Shown here piece by piece: positions 18,936-28,583 of a stretch of DNA of 64,000 bases. Every line of letters starts with the position of its first letter. Position 1 is the first letter of the stretch. The stretch is taken from positions 1 to 64,000 of the forward strand of contig JAKFBU010000023.1 in the NCBI GenBank assembly GCA_036676985.1, given 5' to 3'. Under the pieces are notes generated by a model. That model made no database searches and was not told the DNA's origin. It was given only the letters and a program-made list of their open reading frames with translations. The DNA comes from Candidatus Sericytochromatia bacterium (GTDB lineage Bacteria; Cyanobacteriota; Sericytochromatia; S15B-MN24; UBA4093). The position numbers and the translations under genes were made by a program.

Positions 18936-21221
18936 ATGCTCTCGGCTCGCTACGCCGCGCTTGGCAAATGGATCATCCGGTATCGCGGCTGGGTGCTCGC
19001 CTTCTGGCTCATCCTCATCGTGGTCGCCTCCCTGGGCTCCACCCGCGTGACGCAGGTCCTGTCTGGCGGGTCCGGAGCAGTCCCCGGCAGCGGCTCTCAG
19101 CATGTCGAGCAGCTGTTGCACGGCGAGTTCGCGAATCCCTTCACCCACCTGGTGGCCGTGGTCGTCTCCAGCCAGGAGCGCACGCTCGACTCGGCGGAGC
19201 TCCGGACGGCGGTCGAAGACCTCAAGGCCGAGCTACAGGGTCAAAAGGAAGTGGCCCGGGTGCTCGGCCCCGGCGACCAGTCGCCCATCACCCTACAGTC
19301 CGAGAAGGGCGATCGCGCCATCCTGCTCGTGGGCCTCAACGCCAAGGGAGCCACCGAGGCGCTGAACATGATGCCCCGCCTGCGCGAGGTCACCCATGCC
19401 GTCGCGGCCGAGCACCGGAAGACCGACTCCACGCTCCAGGTGGCCGCGACCGGCATGCCGGCCGTCACCTACGACATCAACAAGCACAGCAGCGACGACA
19501 CCTCCAAGGCCGAGGGACGCCTCATCCCCCTGACGATCCTGGTGCTGCTCTTCGCCTTCGGGGGCCTGGTCGCCGCGGGCCTGCCGCTCTTGGTCGGCAT
19601 CGCCGCCACGGTCCTCACCCTGGGCCTCACGTTCGTGCTCGCCCAAAGCGTGGAGCTTTCCATCTACGTGCAGAACGTGGCAAGCATGATTGGGCTGGCG
19701 GTGGGCATCGATTACTCGCTCCTGATGGTTCATCGCTTCCGGCAGGCCCTCCATGCGCACGGGGACGCCCACGAGGCGGTCGTCGAGACCATGCGGACGG
19801 CGGGCGTCGCCATCACCTTCTCGGGCCTGACGGTGCTCATCGGGCTCGGGGCCATGCTGTTCACGCCCCTCTTGGACACCCGATCAGTGGGCCTCGGCGG
19901 CCTCCTGGTCGTCGTGGTCTCGGTGCTCCTGGCCCTGACCCTCTTGCCCGCCGTGCTGTCCATGCTGGGCCACCGGATCGACGCGCCCAAGCGCCTCTCC
20001 GACTGGCTATTGCAGAAGGCGAACCGCCACCAGTGGGAGCGCTGGGTGCGCTACGTGAGCGATCGTCCCATCCGCTCGACCGTGATCAGCCTCCTGGTGC
20101 TCCTTGGCCTGGCGTCGCCTATTCTCAAGCTCGAGCTGGGCTATCCGGACACGGCCCTGTTCCCGCCGTACATGGAGTCGGTGCAAGGGGTCGAGGCCCT
20201 CAACGACATGGGCCTGAGCGGGGCCCTGATCCCCATCTACGCCATCGTGCGCGACCCCGACGAGCCCGTGCTCGGCACCAGGAACCTGGGGGCCATGCTC
20301 AAGCTGAGCGCGGAACTCAAGGCCAACCCGCTCATCGCATCGGTGGCGAGCCCCGTGGACCTCTCGGCCGGCATCAGCCCGCTCCAGTACGCCATGCTGT
20401 ACCAGAACCCCGAGGCCGCGCTGAAGCGCTTCCCGCTGATCCAGGAGATGTTCGTCAGCCGCGATCGCCACATGGCGCTCTTCCAGATCGTGCCCAAGCG
20501 CTCGGCGGACCTACCCGAACTGCGCAAGCTCGCAGCCGACCTGGCCAAGCGCGAGATGCCCGATGGCCTCGAGCTCCTGGTCGGAGGGACGCCCTCCTAC
20601 TACAACGACCACGAGGGGGCGGTGGTCGGCACCTTCCCGTACGTGGCGGGCTTCATCATCCTGACGACGCTGGTGGTGATGGGCCTCGCCTTCCGCTCGG
20701 TGCTCGTGCCCCTCAAGGCCGTGGTCATGAACCTCCTGTCCGTGGGCGCGGGCTATGGGGCGGTCATCGCCGTCTACCACTTCGGCTGGGGGCGGGCGAT
20801 CTTCGGGATGGGTCATGTGACCGAGGCCATGCCGATTCCGGTGCTCATCCTGTTCATGCTCTTCTGCATCGTGTTCGGGCTATCGATGGACTACGAGGTC
20901 TTCCTCATGAGCGCCATCAAGGAGTCCTACGACGAGCACGGGGACAACGCCCGGGCGGTCGTCGAGGGCACGTGCGGCACCGCGCGGCTCATCTCGAGCG
21001 CGGCCCTCATCATGGTGGCGGTGTTCGGGGCGTTCGCCTGGGCGGACTTCGTGATCGTGAAGATGCTCGGCCTGGGGCTCACCGTCGCCGTCCTGGTGGA
21101 CGCCACCTTGATCCGCTTGGTGCTCTTGCCGGCGTTCATGAAGCTCGCGGGCAAGGCGAACTGGTATCCGGGCGATCGCGCGAAAGGCTCTACTCCCGTC
21201 CGAGAACCTGCGGCGGTCTAA
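18936..21221 (+). CDS. MMPL (RND superfamily) lipid exporter
   Basis: GLAVGIDYSLLMVHRFR, FSGLTV, FGLSMDYEVFL and DATLIR motifs, 2 x 6 TM. Start at ATG 18936 after GGAGGAGG. Confidence 0.92.
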   Translation: MLSARYAALGKWIIRYRGWVLAFWLILIVVASLGSTRVTQVLSGGSGAVPGSGSQHVEQLLHGEFANPFTHLVAVVVSSQERTLDSAELRTAVEDLKAELQGQKEVARVLGPGDQSPITLQSEKGDRAILLVGLNAKGATEALNMMPRLREVTHAVAAEHRKTDSTLQVAATGMPAVTYDINKHSSDDTSKAEGRLIPLTILVLLFAFGGLVAAGLPLLVGIAATVLTLGLTFVLAQSVELSIYVQNVASMIGLAVGIDYSLLMVHRFRQALHAHGDAHEAVVETMRTAGVAITFSGLTVLIGLGAMLFTPLLDTRSVGLGGLLVVVVSVLLALTLLPAVLSMLGHRIDAPKRLSDWLLQKANRHQWERWVRYVSDRPIRSTVISLLVLLGLASPILKLELGYPDTALFPPYMESVQGVEALNDMGLSGALIPIYAIVRDPDEPVLGTRNLGAMLKLSAELKANPLIASVASPVDLSAGISPLQYAMLYQNPEAALKRFPLIQEMFVSRDRHMALFQIVPKRSADLPELRKLAADLAKREMPDGLELLVGGTPSYYNDHEGAVVGTFPYVAGFIILTTLVVMGLAFRSVLVPLKAVVMNLLSVGAGYGAVIAVYHFGWGRAIFGMGHVTEAMPIPVLILFMLFCIVFGLSMDYEVFLMSAIKESYDEHGDNARAVVEGTCGTARLISSAALIMVAVFGAFAWADFVIVKMLGLGLTVAVLVDATLIRLVLLPAFMKLAGKANWYPGDRAKGSTPVREPAAV

Positions 21222-21230
21222 CGTAGGGAA

Positions 21231-21263
21231 AAAGGGCCGGCTGTCCTAGACAGCCGGCCCTTT
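21231..21263. terminator. Bidirectional intrinsic terminator
   Basis: AAAGGGCCGGCTGTC-CTA-GACAGCCGGCCCTTT between convergent genes. Confidence 0.85.
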
Positions 21264-21280
21264 GAGCTGTTTGCTCTATT

Positions 21281-21589
21281 TTAGAACGGCCACCACCAGG
21301 CCTTGGCGGGCTCCTTGTGCGGGCGCTTGAAATACGCCCGACCGCCCACTACGGCCACGAGCTCCCAGCCCTCCTTGCCGAGATCGGCGAGGCGCTTGCC
21401 ATCCAGGCCGCTCATGACGGCGTTGGCCACCATGCCGGGGATCCCGTCCACCCCGCCCGTGACGAAGGTCTCGATGCGGTACTCCCACTTCTGGCCATCG
21501 TAGGGCGCGGGCTTTGGCGCCTCCTCGGCCGCAAGGGCCGGCGAGGCCAGGCTCAACAGCAACAGCGAGACGATCAACGCGCGCATCAT
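21281..21589 (-). CDS. Exported DUF4177-like small protein
   Basis: Signal peptide ending ALA. KWEYR...LADLGKEGWELVAV...YFKRP pattern. Confidence 0.7.
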   Translation of the reverse strand: MMRALIVSLLLLSLASPALAAEEAPKPAPYDGQKWEYRIETFVTGGVDGIPGMVANAVMSGLDGKRLADLGKEGWELVAVVGGRAYFKRPHKEPAKAWWWPF

Positions 21590-21598
21590 GGACGCTCC

Positions 21599-22855
21599 TT
21601 AGGGCAGCTTGTAGTCGGGGGGCAGCGAGATGGGGCCGGTGCCCGTGCGCGGGCGATTGCGGCCCAGGCGCTCGTGGGCCTGGACGAAGTGATCCATGGC
21701 GATCGCCGAGTACGTCGAGATGTCGAGGCACATGGCCGCCGCCGCCACGATCTCGGCGAGCTTCTTGGCCTTGCCCGTGCCCACGCAATCGAGCATCTCG
21801 AGAGCCGCCTTCTGGCTGGGCAGACCCGTGCCGCCGCCGATGGTCGCCACGACCACGCTCGGCAGCATGACCCCGAAGTACATGCCCTCCTCCGTCAGGC
21901 GGAAGTTGATCTGGCCCTGGCTCGACTCGGGAACCGTCGCGATGTCCTGGCCCGTCGCCGTGAAGAGGGCCGCGACCACGTTCGCGAAGTTGACGTTGCA
22001 GCCGAGCATGTGGGCGGCCCAGGTGGGGCCGACTCCGGCCACCAGGGCCTCGAACAGGTCCTCCGGCGTGACCCGGAGCACCCGCTGCATGACCTCGCGC
22101 TTGAGGTGCACCTCGGCCACCACGCGCTTGCCGCGCAGGCTCGTGGTGTAGGTCATGGCGTTGACCTTCTTCTCGGCGCCCAACTGCGAGTCCACGTACC
22201 AGTCGATGAAGTGGATGCCCGTCTGGCGCGGGAACTCGAGCTGGATCCAGTGGCAAGCCGCCCAGCTGCACTTCATGACCATGTTGGCGCCGTAGGCGTC
22301 GCCCGTGTAGTAGGACAGCTGGATGCAGACGGTGTCGCCCAGGATGACCGGATCGACCTTGATGAGCTTCGCCGTGCGCGACTGGCTCTCGGCGATGGAC
22401 CGCAGGCCCGCCTCGTTCTGCCGGATCCAGTCGGCGAAGGCCACGGCGTCGGTCAGGGTCTCGAAGGTGAACATGGGCGCGCGCATCATCTGGTCGCTCA
22501 CGACTCGCACGTTCGCCCCGCCGGACTCCGTGACCGCACGCATGCCGCGGGTGCACGAGGCGACGAGCGCGCCCTCGGTCGTGGCGAGCGGCACGTAGAA
22601 GGTGCCGTTGGCATGCTCGCCGTTGATCACGAGGGGACCCGCCACGCCGATGGGTACCTGCACGAAGCCGATGTGGCTCTCGATGTTGCCCTTGAAGATC
22701 TCGGCCCCCGGACGGGTGTCGGCGTTGAGTGGCGCGAGGTTGGCCCCGGTCGTCTCCTCCACCCAGCTTCGCCGGTTCGCGAGCGCCTCCTCCGAGTAGA
22801 CCTTCTTGTACGGCACCGAGGGTGCGAACTGGGTCTCGGCTGGCGAATGGTCCAT
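21599..22855 (-). CDS. HMG-CoA reductase family protein (class I-like)
   Basis: PIGVAGPL, PLATTEGALVAS, TGDAYGANM (canonical DAMGMN), ATGQD, GGGTGLP and C-terminal AHERLGR. Confidence 0.88.
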   Translation of the reverse strand: MDHSPAETQFAPSVPYKKVYSEEALANRRSWVEETTGANLAPLNADTRPGAEIFKGNIESHIGFVQVPIGVAGPLVINGEHANGTFYVPLATTEGALVASCTRGMRAVTESGGANVRVVSDQMMRAPMFTFETLTDAVAFADWIRQNEAGLRSIAESQSRTAKLIKVDPVILGDTVCIQLSYYTGDAYGANMVMKCSWAACHWIQLEFPRQTGIHFIDWYVDSQLGAEKKVNAMTYTTSLRGKRVVAEVHLKREVMQRVLRVTPEDLFEALVAGVGPTWAAHMLGCNVNFANVVAALFTATGQDIATVPESSQGQINFRLTEEGMYFGVMLPSVVVATIGGGTGLPSQKAALEMLDCVGTGKAKKLAEIVAAAAMCLDISTYSAIAMDHFVQAHERLGRNRPRTGTGPISLPPDYKLP

Positions 22856-22975
22856 GTGGGCAAGTTCCTTCTCTCGTCCGGACGCACGGCCCGGCAGGGT
22901 CCGCTCTCTTATACCCGATTCGAGATCGCTGGATAACGGGACGTTTTTCCCTTCTCCCAGCGCCCTAGCGTAGGC

Positions 22976-23932
22976 CTACACCCATTGTCCACCGAGCCGC
23001 AGGCTCAGATCGAGGATTACCGCAAGGTACAGGACCAGGGTGAAGGCCTCCACGAAGGGCCGGAGCTTGGAATTCTTCGGGGACTGTACGGCGAGCCAGC
23101 GCCCGAAGCCGAACATGGCGTAGACATAGCCCGCGCCCGCCGCGACGACGAAGGGCAGCGAGAGGCCGAGCTGCTTCGCGAAGGCCAAGGCGAGCAGGGC
23201 CGAGACGGTCACGCCGGCCATCGGCACGAGCGCAGCCGCCCGGGGGCCGAAGATCTGCGAATACGTGATGTAGGCGTCCTCCTCCTCCTTGGCCCGGATC
23301 TTGCGGCTGGTCTCCCAGCTGAAGACCAGTAGCCAGAACATGGCGAGGCCGTACCAGACGCCGGGCCTTAGGTCCGAAAGACCGAGGCCCTGCACTTCCA
23401 TGAAGACCGACAGCACGTACAGGTGCGTGAAGAAGACGATCGGGTTGTGGGTGAAAAGGGTGAGGACCAGGTTCTTGCGGTGCAGATCCGGCAGGAAGAA
23501 GTACTTGAACATCAAGAGGGCGTAGGCCATCAGGATGAGGTAGCCGATGAGCCCCTTGCCCATCACGAGGTTCAGGACCGTCATGAAGGCGACCAGGCTC
23601 CAGCCGAGGATCTTGAGGTCGCTCGTCAGCACCCGCCCCGACGGCAAGGGGCGGTGAGGAAAGAGCTGGCAGTCGTGCTCGTAGTCCTTGAACTCGTCGA
23701 ACACGCGCATGAGGAGCGTGAAGGCCGCGAGCGTGAAGGCGCCGAGGATGCTGTGCCAGGAATAGCTCAGGGGCTTGGCGCCGTACAGGGCCTGCAGCAG
23801 CATGTAGTACCCGAAGAAGGACATGAACGAGTAGGGCACGTTCACATGCAGCGGGTACATCTCGACCAGGTAGGTCCAGAGGCGCGACCCGAAGGTCGTG
23901 GGGGAGTGGGTCGGGGCGTTGGTCGTGCTCAT
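22976..23932 (-). CDS. UbiA-superfamily membrane prenyltransferase-like protein
   Basis: About 9 TM. RVFDEFKDYEHD...RPLPSGRV first acidic motif, WETSRK...TYS second region. Confidence 0.75.
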   Translation of the reverse strand: MSTTNAPTHSPTTFGSRLWTYLVEMYPLHVNVPYSFMSFFGYYMLLQALYGAKPLSYSWHSILGAFTLAAFTLLMRVFDEFKDYEHDCQLFPHRPLPSGRVLTSDLKILGWSLVAFMTVLNLVMGKGLIGYLILMAYALLMFKYFFLPDLHRKNLVLTLFTHNPIVFFTHLYVLSVFMEVQGLGLSDLRPGVWYGLAMFWLLVFSWETSRKIRAKEEEDAYITYSQIFGPRAAALVPMAGVTVSALLALAFAKQLGLSLPFVVAAGAGYVYAMFGFGRWLAVQSPKNSKLRPFVEAFTLVLYLAVILDLSLRLGGQWV

Positions 23933-23939
23933 GCGCTCC

Positions 23940-24848
23940 TCATCGATAGCCGATCCGGCTGCCGGCCTTGACCTGGACCTCCAGGCCCATCGCCGAATCC
24001 CGGATCAAATCTTCGTCGAACCGTACGGCTCCCGGCTCGAACAGCATCACCAGGGTCGAGCCGCCGAAACGGAAGTAGCCCTTCTCGTCGCCCCGCCGCA
24101 CCTCGCGGCCGGGCTCGAAGGTCTGGAGAATCGTCCCCACGCAGATGGCGCCCACCTCCACGTAGCCGATCCGGCCAAAGTGACGGGACGAAAGCTCCGT
24201 CACCTGGCGCTTGTTTCGGCAGTAGACGTCCGGCACCTTCGCGAGCGCGATGGGGCTCACCGAGTGGTACCGCCCCCGGATCTCCCGGGGCCGGGAAGGG
24301 GTGCCGTCGTCCGGGAAGTGAAAGCGGTGGTAATCGTAGGGCGCGAGGCGGACGATGAGGGCCGAGCCCCCTCGAAACGGCTCCGCTGCAGACTTCGAGG
24401 CGAGCAGATCTTCGAGGGTCAGGCGGGCGCCCTTCACCGGCAGGCGCACCCCGTCGTCCAGTCCCGGGAAGACCAGTACCTTGCCGTCGGCAGGCGAGGA
24501 AAAGGCATGGGGGTCGTCGCAGAACGGGCGCGCCCCGGGCTTCAGCCTCCGGGAGAAGAAGGCGTTGAAGCTGGGGTAGGCCGAGGGCGGCAGCTCGGAC
24601 TCGTCGGGATCGATGCGGTGGGTCGCCACGAAGTCCGGGATCTTGGCGCGGGTCAATGGGTGGTCTTGCAGCTTGCCGAACAGCCAGCAGAAGGCCCGTC
24701 GGTTCAAGAGCGTCGCGAAGATGCGCGAGCCGACAGGATCCTCGTAGAACCAGCGCAGCTCCCGCTCGGAGAAGATGGTCTCCTCGACGAGCGTGCCGGA
24801 GGCGCGATCGCGGTACTGGACCTGGGTCCGCGGCCTCGTCTCGATCAT
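23940..24848 (-). CDS. psd: Phosphatidylserine decarboxylase proenzyme
   Basis: SFNAFFSRRLKPGARP, SPADG, RLAPYDYHRFHFP and GYFRFGGST cleavage motif. Confidence 0.92.
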   Translation of the reverse strand: MIETRPRTQVQYRDRASGTLVEETIFSERELRWFYEDPVGSRIFATLLNRRAFCWLFGKLQDHPLTRAKIPDFVATHRIDPDESELPPSAYPSFNAFFSRRLKPGARPFCDDPHAFSSPADGKVLVFPGLDDGVRLPVKGARLTLEDLLASKSAAEPFRGGSALIVRLAPYDYHRFHFPDDGTPSRPREIRGRYHSVSPIALAKVPDVYCRNKRQVTELSSRHFGRIGYVEVGAICVGTILQTFEPGREVRRGDEKGYFRFGGSTLVMLFEPGAVRFDEDLIRDSAMGLEVQVKAGSRIGYR

Positions 24849-25960
24849 CCGATCGCCCTCCGGTACAGGGCGTACTCGTGGACCCTGGCGAAGCGCTGGT
24901 GCGAATACGAGCGGGCGTAGGAGTCCTCGGCCATCAAGGCGCTGACGAGCGGGACGCCGTCCTCATGCGCCCGCTTGGTGGTCAGGTGCGCCAGCGCGCC
25001 GCCAGCGCCCGAGCGGCGCTTCATCTCATCGGCCGTGATGCCCAGGTAGAGGGTGATGTGGGACGTGGGACGGCCCCGGTTCGCCAGGAACTTGAGCTTG
25101 GCCCAGAGATTCGTCTCGCCGCCCATGGCCCGGACGCCGTTCGGGTAGTCGGGCAGGGTGCAGGCATAGCCCACCACTTCCCCGTCCTTGCCGATGGCGA
25201 ACTGGATGAGGTCGGGGATGCACACGGGCTTCAGGCCGCCGAAGAGCGCGAGGAAGGTCTCCGGCTCGATGGGGTGGAAGCCGAGGAAGCCCGCGAAGCT
25301 CTCCGAGATGAGCCCATGCAGGAGGGCCATGTCATCTTCGAAGCGGGCAAGGTCGAGCGGACGGAAGCGGTAGCCCTCCTCGCACGCCCGGTCAAAGCGG
25401 GGGCGGGTCTTCTCGACCATGCCCCCGAGGTCCTCTCCGGACGAGAAGGTCGAGCTCCAGCGCTTGAGGACCTCGAAGCCCGCGCCCTCGAAGAGGGAAG
25501 GGTAATACGGCAGGTTGTAGGGCTCTCCGTAGAAGGGAACGTCCTCGAAGCCCTTGGTCATGAAGCGGTAGGGGAACCACATGGAGCCGTTCATCGGGCC
25601 CCAGACCGTCTTGACGCCCTGATCCCGGAGCCAGTCGCAGGCCTCATCGAGGAGGGCCTTGGCGATCGCCCCCTCGTCCTCACACTCGAAGTGCCCGAGC
25701 GTCCCGAGAGGCGCCCCGTCCACCTGGACCCGGCGGTTCACGAAGGCGCTCACCCGGCCCACGGTCTTCCCGCGACGGGTAATCAGGAAGTTGCGCTGGT
25801 CGAGGAAGTCCCGGAAGGGGTGCTCGGGCGACAGGTCGCGCACGAGCTCGTCCTTGAAGGTCGGGATCCAGCGGCGATCGCCCTTATACAGCCGAAAGGC
25901 CAGCTGACCGAAGGGCTCAACGTAGCGGCGCTCGGAGTCGAACGCGACGATCTCGATCAT
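24845..25960 (-). CDS. YghO / bacterial ceramide synthase-like double-GNAT acyltransferase
   Basis: LY..D..WIP, VGRVSAF, G.FEC.D....KALLDEACDWL...G...VWGPMN and YNLPYY..LFE.AGF pattern. True start ATG 25960 overlaps the upstream stop. Confidence 0.7.
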   Translation of the reverse strand: MIEIVAFDSERRYVEPFGQLAFRLYKGDRRWIPTFKDELVRDLSPEHPFRDFLDQRNFLITRRGKTVGRVSAFVNRRVQVDGAPLGTLGHFECEDEGAIAKALLDEACDWLRDQGVKTVWGPMNGSMWFPYRFMTKGFEDVPFYGEPYNLPYYPSLFEGAGFEVLKRWSSTFSSGEDLGGMVEKTRPRFDRACEEGYRFRPLDLARFEDDMALLHGLISESFAGFLGFHPIEPETFLALFGGLKPVCIPDLIQFAIGKDGEVVGYACTLPDYPNGVRAMGGETNLWAKLKFLANRGRPTSHITLYLGITADEMKRRSGAGGALAHLTTKRAHEDGVPLVSALMAEDSYARSYSHQRFARVHEYALYRRAIG

Positions 25961-26592
25961 ACCGCGTGTCCCGTGGCGATCGCCCAGGCGTAAACGCCCG
26001 TGAGGACCAGACAGATCCCCGAGAAGATGCCGTACCAGATGCCACGCGGCTTGATGATGCGCAGGCCCGAGACCATCAGGGCCGCGAGCAGCAGGTACAG
26101 GCCCGCGAGGCCCCAGCGTACGGCCTCTGCCGGCAGGGCCAGGGTCGCAAGGAAGGCGATGGGAATGAAGAGGGCCGCGTAGGTCACGGGCATGCCCGTG
26201 AAGTAGCGCTCGCTGCCTTCGGAAGCCATGCCCGCCGCGTTGAAGTAGGCGAGCCGCATGGCGGCTGCGCCCACGTAGAGCATCAACAGCACCACGGCGG
26301 CCGGGTGCCGGAGCCCGTAGCAGTAGGCAAAGACCGTCGGGCCGAAGCCGAACGAGCAGACATCCACGAGGCTGTCCAGGTGCTTTCCGACCTCCGCCTG
26401 GAGCTCCGTGCGCCGGACCTTGCGGGCCACGAAGCCGTCGAAGAGATCCGTGATGCCCGCGTACATCATGCACAGGATGGCCGCGTAAAACTGGCCCCGC
26501 ACGGCAAAGGTCGCCGAGAGGAAGGTGAGCATGAGGCCCGCCAGCGTCAGGGCGTTGGGGAGGTTCAATTGGCGCAGGATAGGACTAGACAT
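25957..26592 (-). CDS. pssA: CDP-alcohol phosphatidyltransferase (PssA-like)
   Basis: PNALT, DLFDGFVAR...GKHLDSLVDVCSFG, RLAYFN, FTGMPVT. Confidence 0.85.
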   Translation of the reverse strand: MSSPILRQLNLPNALTLAGLMLTFLSATFAVRGQFYAAILCMMYAGITDLFDGFVARKVRRTELQAEVGKHLDSLVDVCSFGFGPTVFAYCYGLRHPAAVVLLMLYVGAAAMRLAYFNAAGMASEGSERYFTGMPVTYAALFIPIAFLATLALPAEAVRWGLAGLYLLLAALMVSGLRIIKPRGIWYGIFSGICLVLTGVYAWAIATGHAV

Positions 26593-27664
26593 GACTCTCC
26601 TTGCCCTCGGCCGGGATGACGAGGGAGAGCTGCTCATCGACCTCCGCCTTGGTGTCCGCCGTGATCACGTCCCCCGGGATCTCGTGGGTCTGGGCGGCGA
26701 GCTGCTGCACGCGATACTCGCCCTCGCCGTGCAGCATGGTGCCCCAGATGGTGCGAGCCCCGAAGAAGTAGCCCGTGACCGTGACCTGCTCCGAACGCCG
26801 GCCGAACTCTTCGTTGGCCATCAGCGCCCGGCGGAAGCGAGCCATGTGGTACCAGGGCACGCGCGGGAAGAAGTGGTGCTCCAGGTGGTAGCCCGAGTAG
26901 ATGGGATAGATGAAGAAGTCCGTGACGGGGTTGAAGGCGTGAACCCAGGTCCGCTCGAACTCCGTGGGCCCGGTGGCTCCCGTGTGCTCGCCGTAGCCGT
27001 GCAGCTTGAGGAACAGGAACATGATCGTCACCTGGGGCAAGAGCCACAGGACGGCCACCTCCAGCCAGAAGTCGAAGCGCCAGGCGAGCAGAGCTACTGC
27101 ACCCCAGAGCACGAGGTTCAAGAGCGCCTCGTGTGCCTCGACGGGCTTGAGCTTGCCTTCTTTGCGCTGCTCCGCCAGGTACTGGTTCTGCGTGACGATG
27201 AAGCGCGCGGCACTCAGGCCCAGGAGGTCCGAGAGGAGCATCTTGAGGAGCGGCCAGCCGCGCTGCCGAGCGTAGAAGTAGCCCTGGCCCTTGTAGAGCC
27301 GGACTTCGGGGTCCCGTTCGGGAGAGCTCGCGTACTTGTGGTGATTCAGGTGGATGCAGCGGTAGTTCTTCTCGAGCAACAGGAAGGGGATGGCGCAGAA
27401 AACGTCCGCGATGAGGTCGTTGACCCGCTTGTTCGGGTGCAGCAGCATGTGCGCGCCCTCGTGCAGCAGGATCAGGAGGTGCATCTGCAAAGCGGCGATG
27501 AGGGCCATGGCGGGCAAGGCGAGCTTCCAGCCCGAGGCCTCGCCCCCGACCCACATGAGGCCCGCGACTGCGACGTAGATGGCCACGCACAGGGCCAGCG
27601 ATCGCCAGGCCGACACCTGGGTGCAGGCCCGGGTGATTTCCGGATCGACGCTCGGACGACTCAT
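26585..27664 (-). CDS. Membrane fatty acid desaturase family protein
   Basis: His boxes HEGAH, HLNHH and YHLEHH, plus TM segments. Confidence 0.88.
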   Translation of the reverse strand: MSRPSVDPEITRACTQVSAWRSLALCVAIYVAVAGLMWVGGEASGWKLALPAMALIAALQMHLLILLHEGAHMLLHPNKRVNDLIADVFCAIPFLLLEKNYRCIHLNHHKYASSPERDPEVRLYKGQGYFYARQRGWPLLKMLLSDLLGLSAARFIVTQNQYLAEQRKEGKLKPVEAHEALLNLVLWGAVALLAWRFDFWLEVAVLWLLPQVTIMFLFLKLHGYGEHTGATGPTEFERTWVHAFNPVTDFFIYPIYSGYHLEHHFFPRVPWYHMARFRRALMANEEFGRRSEQVTVTGYFFGARTIWGTMLHGEGEYRVQQLAAQTHEIPGDVITADTKAEVDEQLSLVIPAEGKESHV

Positions 27665-27666
27665 CG

Positions 27667-28572
27667 CTAGCTCCCTCCCAACAAGCGCGCCACGCCGTAG
27701 AAGACGGGCGCGGTAAAAAGTAGGCTGTCGAAGCGATCCAGCACTCCGCCATGCCCGGGTAGCACGTGGCCGAAATCCTTCACCCCGACCTCCCGCTTGA
27801 TGGACGAGGCCAACAGATCACCAATGCCCGCGAACAGGGAGACGCCGCCCGCCACGGCCATGGCGGCGCCTGGCGACCATTCGGGCACCAGGAAGCGCAT
27901 GAGGTAGCCGAGCACGAGGCAGGAGAAGAGGCCGCCGATCGTGCCGCCCCAGGTCTTGTTAGGGCTGATGTCCGGCCAGATGGGCGTCTTGCCGAACAGC
28001 CGCCCCAGGCCCTCCGAGAGCCCGTCATTGGCCATCAGCAGCAGGAACATGAACGCCAAGGCCCCGTAGGATTCGGCCCCTAGCAAGAGGAAGGTCCCTA
28101 GAGGCAGGGTGATGAAGAGCATGCCGAAAGCCGTCGCGAGGAGGCCATGGAGTGCCGGTGGGCGGCGCTGGATCAGCATGGGCAAGGCGAAGGCCGACCA
28201 GGTGGCGATCGCCACCCCCGTCACAAGCGTCAAGGGCCCGCCGACGAGACCGCCCAGCGTCCCCAGGGCGCCGAGCAACGTCACGAGGGCGGGGTGCGCG
28301 ATCGCTCCGTAGCGCCCGGCGATCGCCCGCAAGAGCTCCAGCCAGCCCCGGTAGGCGAGGAACAGAACCACGGGCAGGAGCGTAAACCGGCCCATCGCGC
28401 CTGCCAGGAGGACGAGGGCCAGGAGGCCGATGTGGACGCCGAACTTGAGCCAGATGTCGCGGAGCTTGGCCGGGTCGGGCTTTCGCACGGCCCCGATGGC
28501 CGAGACGACGAAGACGCCGAAGAGGGTCAGGCCGCAGATGATCGAAAGGACGGGGGTCGAAAGGGGATGCAA
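27667..28572 (-). CDS. cdsA: Phosphatidate cytidylyltransferase (CdsA family)
   Basis: ISPNKTWGG, GDLLASSIKR..GVKDFG..LPGHGGVLDRFDS. TTG start after GAGGAG. Confidence 0.88.
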   Translation of the reverse strand: MHPLSTPVLSIICGLTLFGVFVVSAIGAVRKPDPAKLRDIWLKFGVHIGLLALVLLAGAMGRFTLLPVVLFLAYRGWLELLRAIAGRYGAIAHPALVTLLGALGTLGGLVGGPLTLVTGVAIATWSAFALPMLIQRRPPALHGLLATAFGMLFITLPLGTFLLLGAESYGALAFMFLLLMANDGLSEGLGRLFGKTPIWPDISPNKTWGGTIGGLFSCLVLGYLMRFLVPEWSPGAAMAVAGGVSLFAGIGDLLASSIKREVGVKDFGHVLPGHGGVLDRFDSLLFTAPVFYGVARLLGGS

Positions 28573-28583
28573 GCCGTTCTCCT

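Noticed and set aside
24845-26473. 542-aa fusion ORF
   Set aside because: The first 171 codons overlap pssA in another frame. The GNAT begins at ATG 25960.
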